From contig JAKMXF010000345.1 in assembly GCA_024704765.1 (NCBI GenBank), positions 139,239-203,238 on the forward strand: 64,000 bases of DNA, given 5' to 3'. This stretch comes from Oopsacas minuta. Its lineage: Eukaryota > Animalia > Porifera. The translations under genes and the position numbers were made by a program. Each line of letters starts with the position of its first letter. Position 1 is the first letter of the stretch. Positions 61,401 to 64,000 of the stretch are shown here, piece after piece. The notes under the pieces were generated by a model. The model ran no database searches and was not told the origin of the DNA. It saw only the letters and a list, made by a program, of their open reading frames with translations.

Positions 61401-63886
61401 AGCTTCCATATTCTCATAGGTTGCTATTTCTGGTAGATAAGATGATAGATCTGAATTCTCTGAAAATATCCATGTAATGGCTATATTCTCTTCTCCTCCA
61501 TAAGCTAATGTATGTGGGGTGAACAAGAATGTGTTTTCACTAATTGTTTCAAAGTCTAATCTTCCATTACTAAGTTGTCCAAATCCTCCAGCTAAAACAT
61601 GATATATATTAATATATTGTATCCAATAGCTACTATTTCTATGGCATTGTAGCATTCCTATTATACTGACCTGTTGTTACAGAAGAAGGTCTTTTACATA
61701 GAAAAGCATTTCTGGTCATGACACAGTCTACAGTCCTCCAACTACCCTCTCCACCTCGTATTATGTCAACACAATCTTCATTACTAATAGATGGTTCATT
61801 CCCTGTCCAGTTTGTATGACTATATACTGAACCATCAATCCAGGTATATGTTCCATCGTTATTATCTCTATCATTCAATCCTATCCAGCAATTACTCACT
61901 GTAGCAGGAGGGATAATAGTGTATAAGTAATTATTCTCTCTCTCTGTAGTAATACTAGTCAAGTCACCACCCCATACAGCACAACTAGATTGAGCATCTA
62001 ACCAGTTGATTCCAGTACTCACTTCATATAATCGATAGCAAGATCCATCATAGATCAGATCACATCCTTGTGAGTTACCTATTCAAATTAAGTAACTAAA
62101 TTGAATAAAAGTATTTTCAACAGTTTAGTAAATTGAAAGGACAAAATACATTTTATTCTATTTTCCCAGTTTAGTATTTTCCTTTCTTATTTGTATTATT
62201 TAGTGTAACCATTGTCCAGGATTTTATACATCAATACAGGATTCTCGAGATTATTATTTTGAATAGTCGGATGTTAAAATTATGTGATTCGAGATCAACT
62301 CCCTGAAGATGTCAAATTTACCAAATGTACTATTGCTACACATAACACATAACACATCATTAGTCATTTTAGAACCTGCATGCAGCTAATATATAATCTT
62401 GCTATCACATAGATATGTCTTTAACTTTTCTGAAAAATCTACATAAATTCTTAAACTGGCTATCAATATTAGCGGCAGCTTTGCTTTGTAATGTTAAATG
62501 AGGTCTCACACTATTTCTATTACAAAATTAAATATCCAGTTATATTTTTATATATGCTTGTCAAAAATGATCAATTTAGTGTCCAGGATCTTGTCCAGGG
62601 TATTTAAAATTATGTCCAGGAATATTCCAGGAATATTAATGCTTAAATATACAGGATTTAGAACTAAACATGCTGGTCAACGTAAAATTTATTTTCAAGT
62701 TTTGGACCTTTTTTTAATCTACGATCACTTACCTGGTTTGGTGCAGAAGTAACAATCTCTATTAAAGGTACAATTTCTATTAATCCAACCGCTTGATAAT
62801 ACACCTCCGAATTTGTATCTGAATCTAACACAGTCATTACCATCATTTCCTGAGGGACTTGATACTTTAGGAAATGAACCGAAGTTAGTATAAGTATTGG
62901 CACTACCATCAACCCATACAAATGCACTAGCATCAGTACCAGCGTGCACATCTCTATCATTTAGACCTATATAACATGAAACATAGCTTATTTCAGGTTC
63001 TGGTGCACTATAAAACAATAAGCTGTCTTCTACTGCTGAATTGATTGTAGCAAGATTTCCTCCCCAGTTATTGCATTCTACTTCAGCATCTGGCCAATTT
63101 ATTGGGCTCACTATGAAGTATCCAAATGTTGTATCATTATATATTAGAGAAATATTAGGAGTTTGTGCTTAAGAAAGAGATAAAGAATATATTATATAAT
63201 TTATACGTTAGTATATTGACTAGTTAATTCTATACAAAATTATTTAACAGAACCGTTTTACAAAGTCCTTGTACATATATATTCTAATATTTACGTATAA
63301 TTGTAGGTTATGTGTCGGACAAATATTACAATTATTACATCGTTAAATATATTCCATGTGGTCGTCCAAACTTTAATGGGATTATTAGAACCTGTATTCC
63401 GATATTGTAGGGGACCTTTAGCCAAGCGTATCGTAACAGGTAGCAAATATGGATACATTGAATTGAACTCCGAGAATTGTGGATTATTATGGTGTCCAAT
63501 GCTATTTTATCGGGCTGTAGCTTGGCACGTATAAACAGTATAACCCTATGAATATTGGTTTGGTGGAACCTGACCAACCTGGCCGTTTTTATAGCAATGA
63601 GTATATGCTAGGGTCAACTATGATATTTACCAAATCCTGTTTATTAACGACCCCCAAGTGCTGTAGCTGGGCAAAGGTCGTTATAACAGACGCCCGCTAC
63701 AAGCTATCGTATAAAAGTTATGATAATAAGGTTCGACTGTTTATGAAAAGTACGCACATGTATATACATATTTGCTATTAGCTAAGGCAGATATTTAAAC
63801 ATAATAAGATAGTTACCTGTTATAATGCCGGAAAGTGAAGCACTTATCGTGAACAATAGAACAACTTGATAAAAGTTAGTTCCCAT
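55416..63886 (-). CDS. Receptor-type tyrosine phosphatase R3: signal peptide - duplicated (2 CTLD + 3 Ig-like/other) cassette - further Ig-like domains - TM - D1 (active) - D2 (inactive); about 14 exons
   Basis: Signal exon 63886-63817 (MGTNFYQVVLLFTISASLSGIIT); CTLD exons near 63168-62733, 62078-61668, 60500-60065 and 59905-59505; large exon with TM, D1 (WPDH, HCSAGVGRSG) and D2 (HCQDGAGMS); last exon 55469-55416 (NHFLACYTLMNEYCQRI*), homologous to the last exon of R1. Confidence 0.85.
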
Positions 63887-64000
63887 CTCAGTTCAAGTTA
63901 GTTTGGTTCTTATAATTCCAATGAATTTATTCCATAACTTGCAATTTATTATTCCTAAATTCAATATGCAAAGAAGATTAGTTACAACTGAAATACGATA

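Noticed and set aside
1-64000. tRNA, rRNA, snoRNA or autonomous transposon/retroelement genes
   Set aside because: None recognisable by eye; covariance-model searches (tRNAscan-SE, Infernal/Rfam) would be needed to exclude them.

Overview
AT-rich, intron-containing animal genomic DNA with GT-AG introns and many short MITE-like elements. A non-bilaterian source such as a sponge is inferred from gene content and is not proven. Housekeeping genes: PPAN/SSF1, AGA, DNA polymerase lambda, Slingshot phosphatase and an intronless S1P lyase. They are interleaved with three locally expanded signalling or recognition families. (1) Six intronless, single-pass ephrin-like genes (7.8-17.2 kb); several have ectodomains homogenised to near nucleotide identity while stalk, TM and tail are unrelated. 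(2) Four coiled-coil/zinc-finger genes (22.6-32.1 kb); two carry SPATA2/Tamozhennic-type PUB domains, and one of these has three tandem PUB domains each split by an intron at the same position. (3) Three C-type-lectin/Ig receptor tyrosine phosphatases (44.8-63.9 kb); one shares an almost identical ectodomain with its neighbour but has no catalytic D1 domain and carries Tyr docking motifs instead. Families 1 and 3 both show a same-outside, different-inside pattern reminiscent of paired receptors. All family assignments rest on hand splicing and recalled motifs, not database searches.
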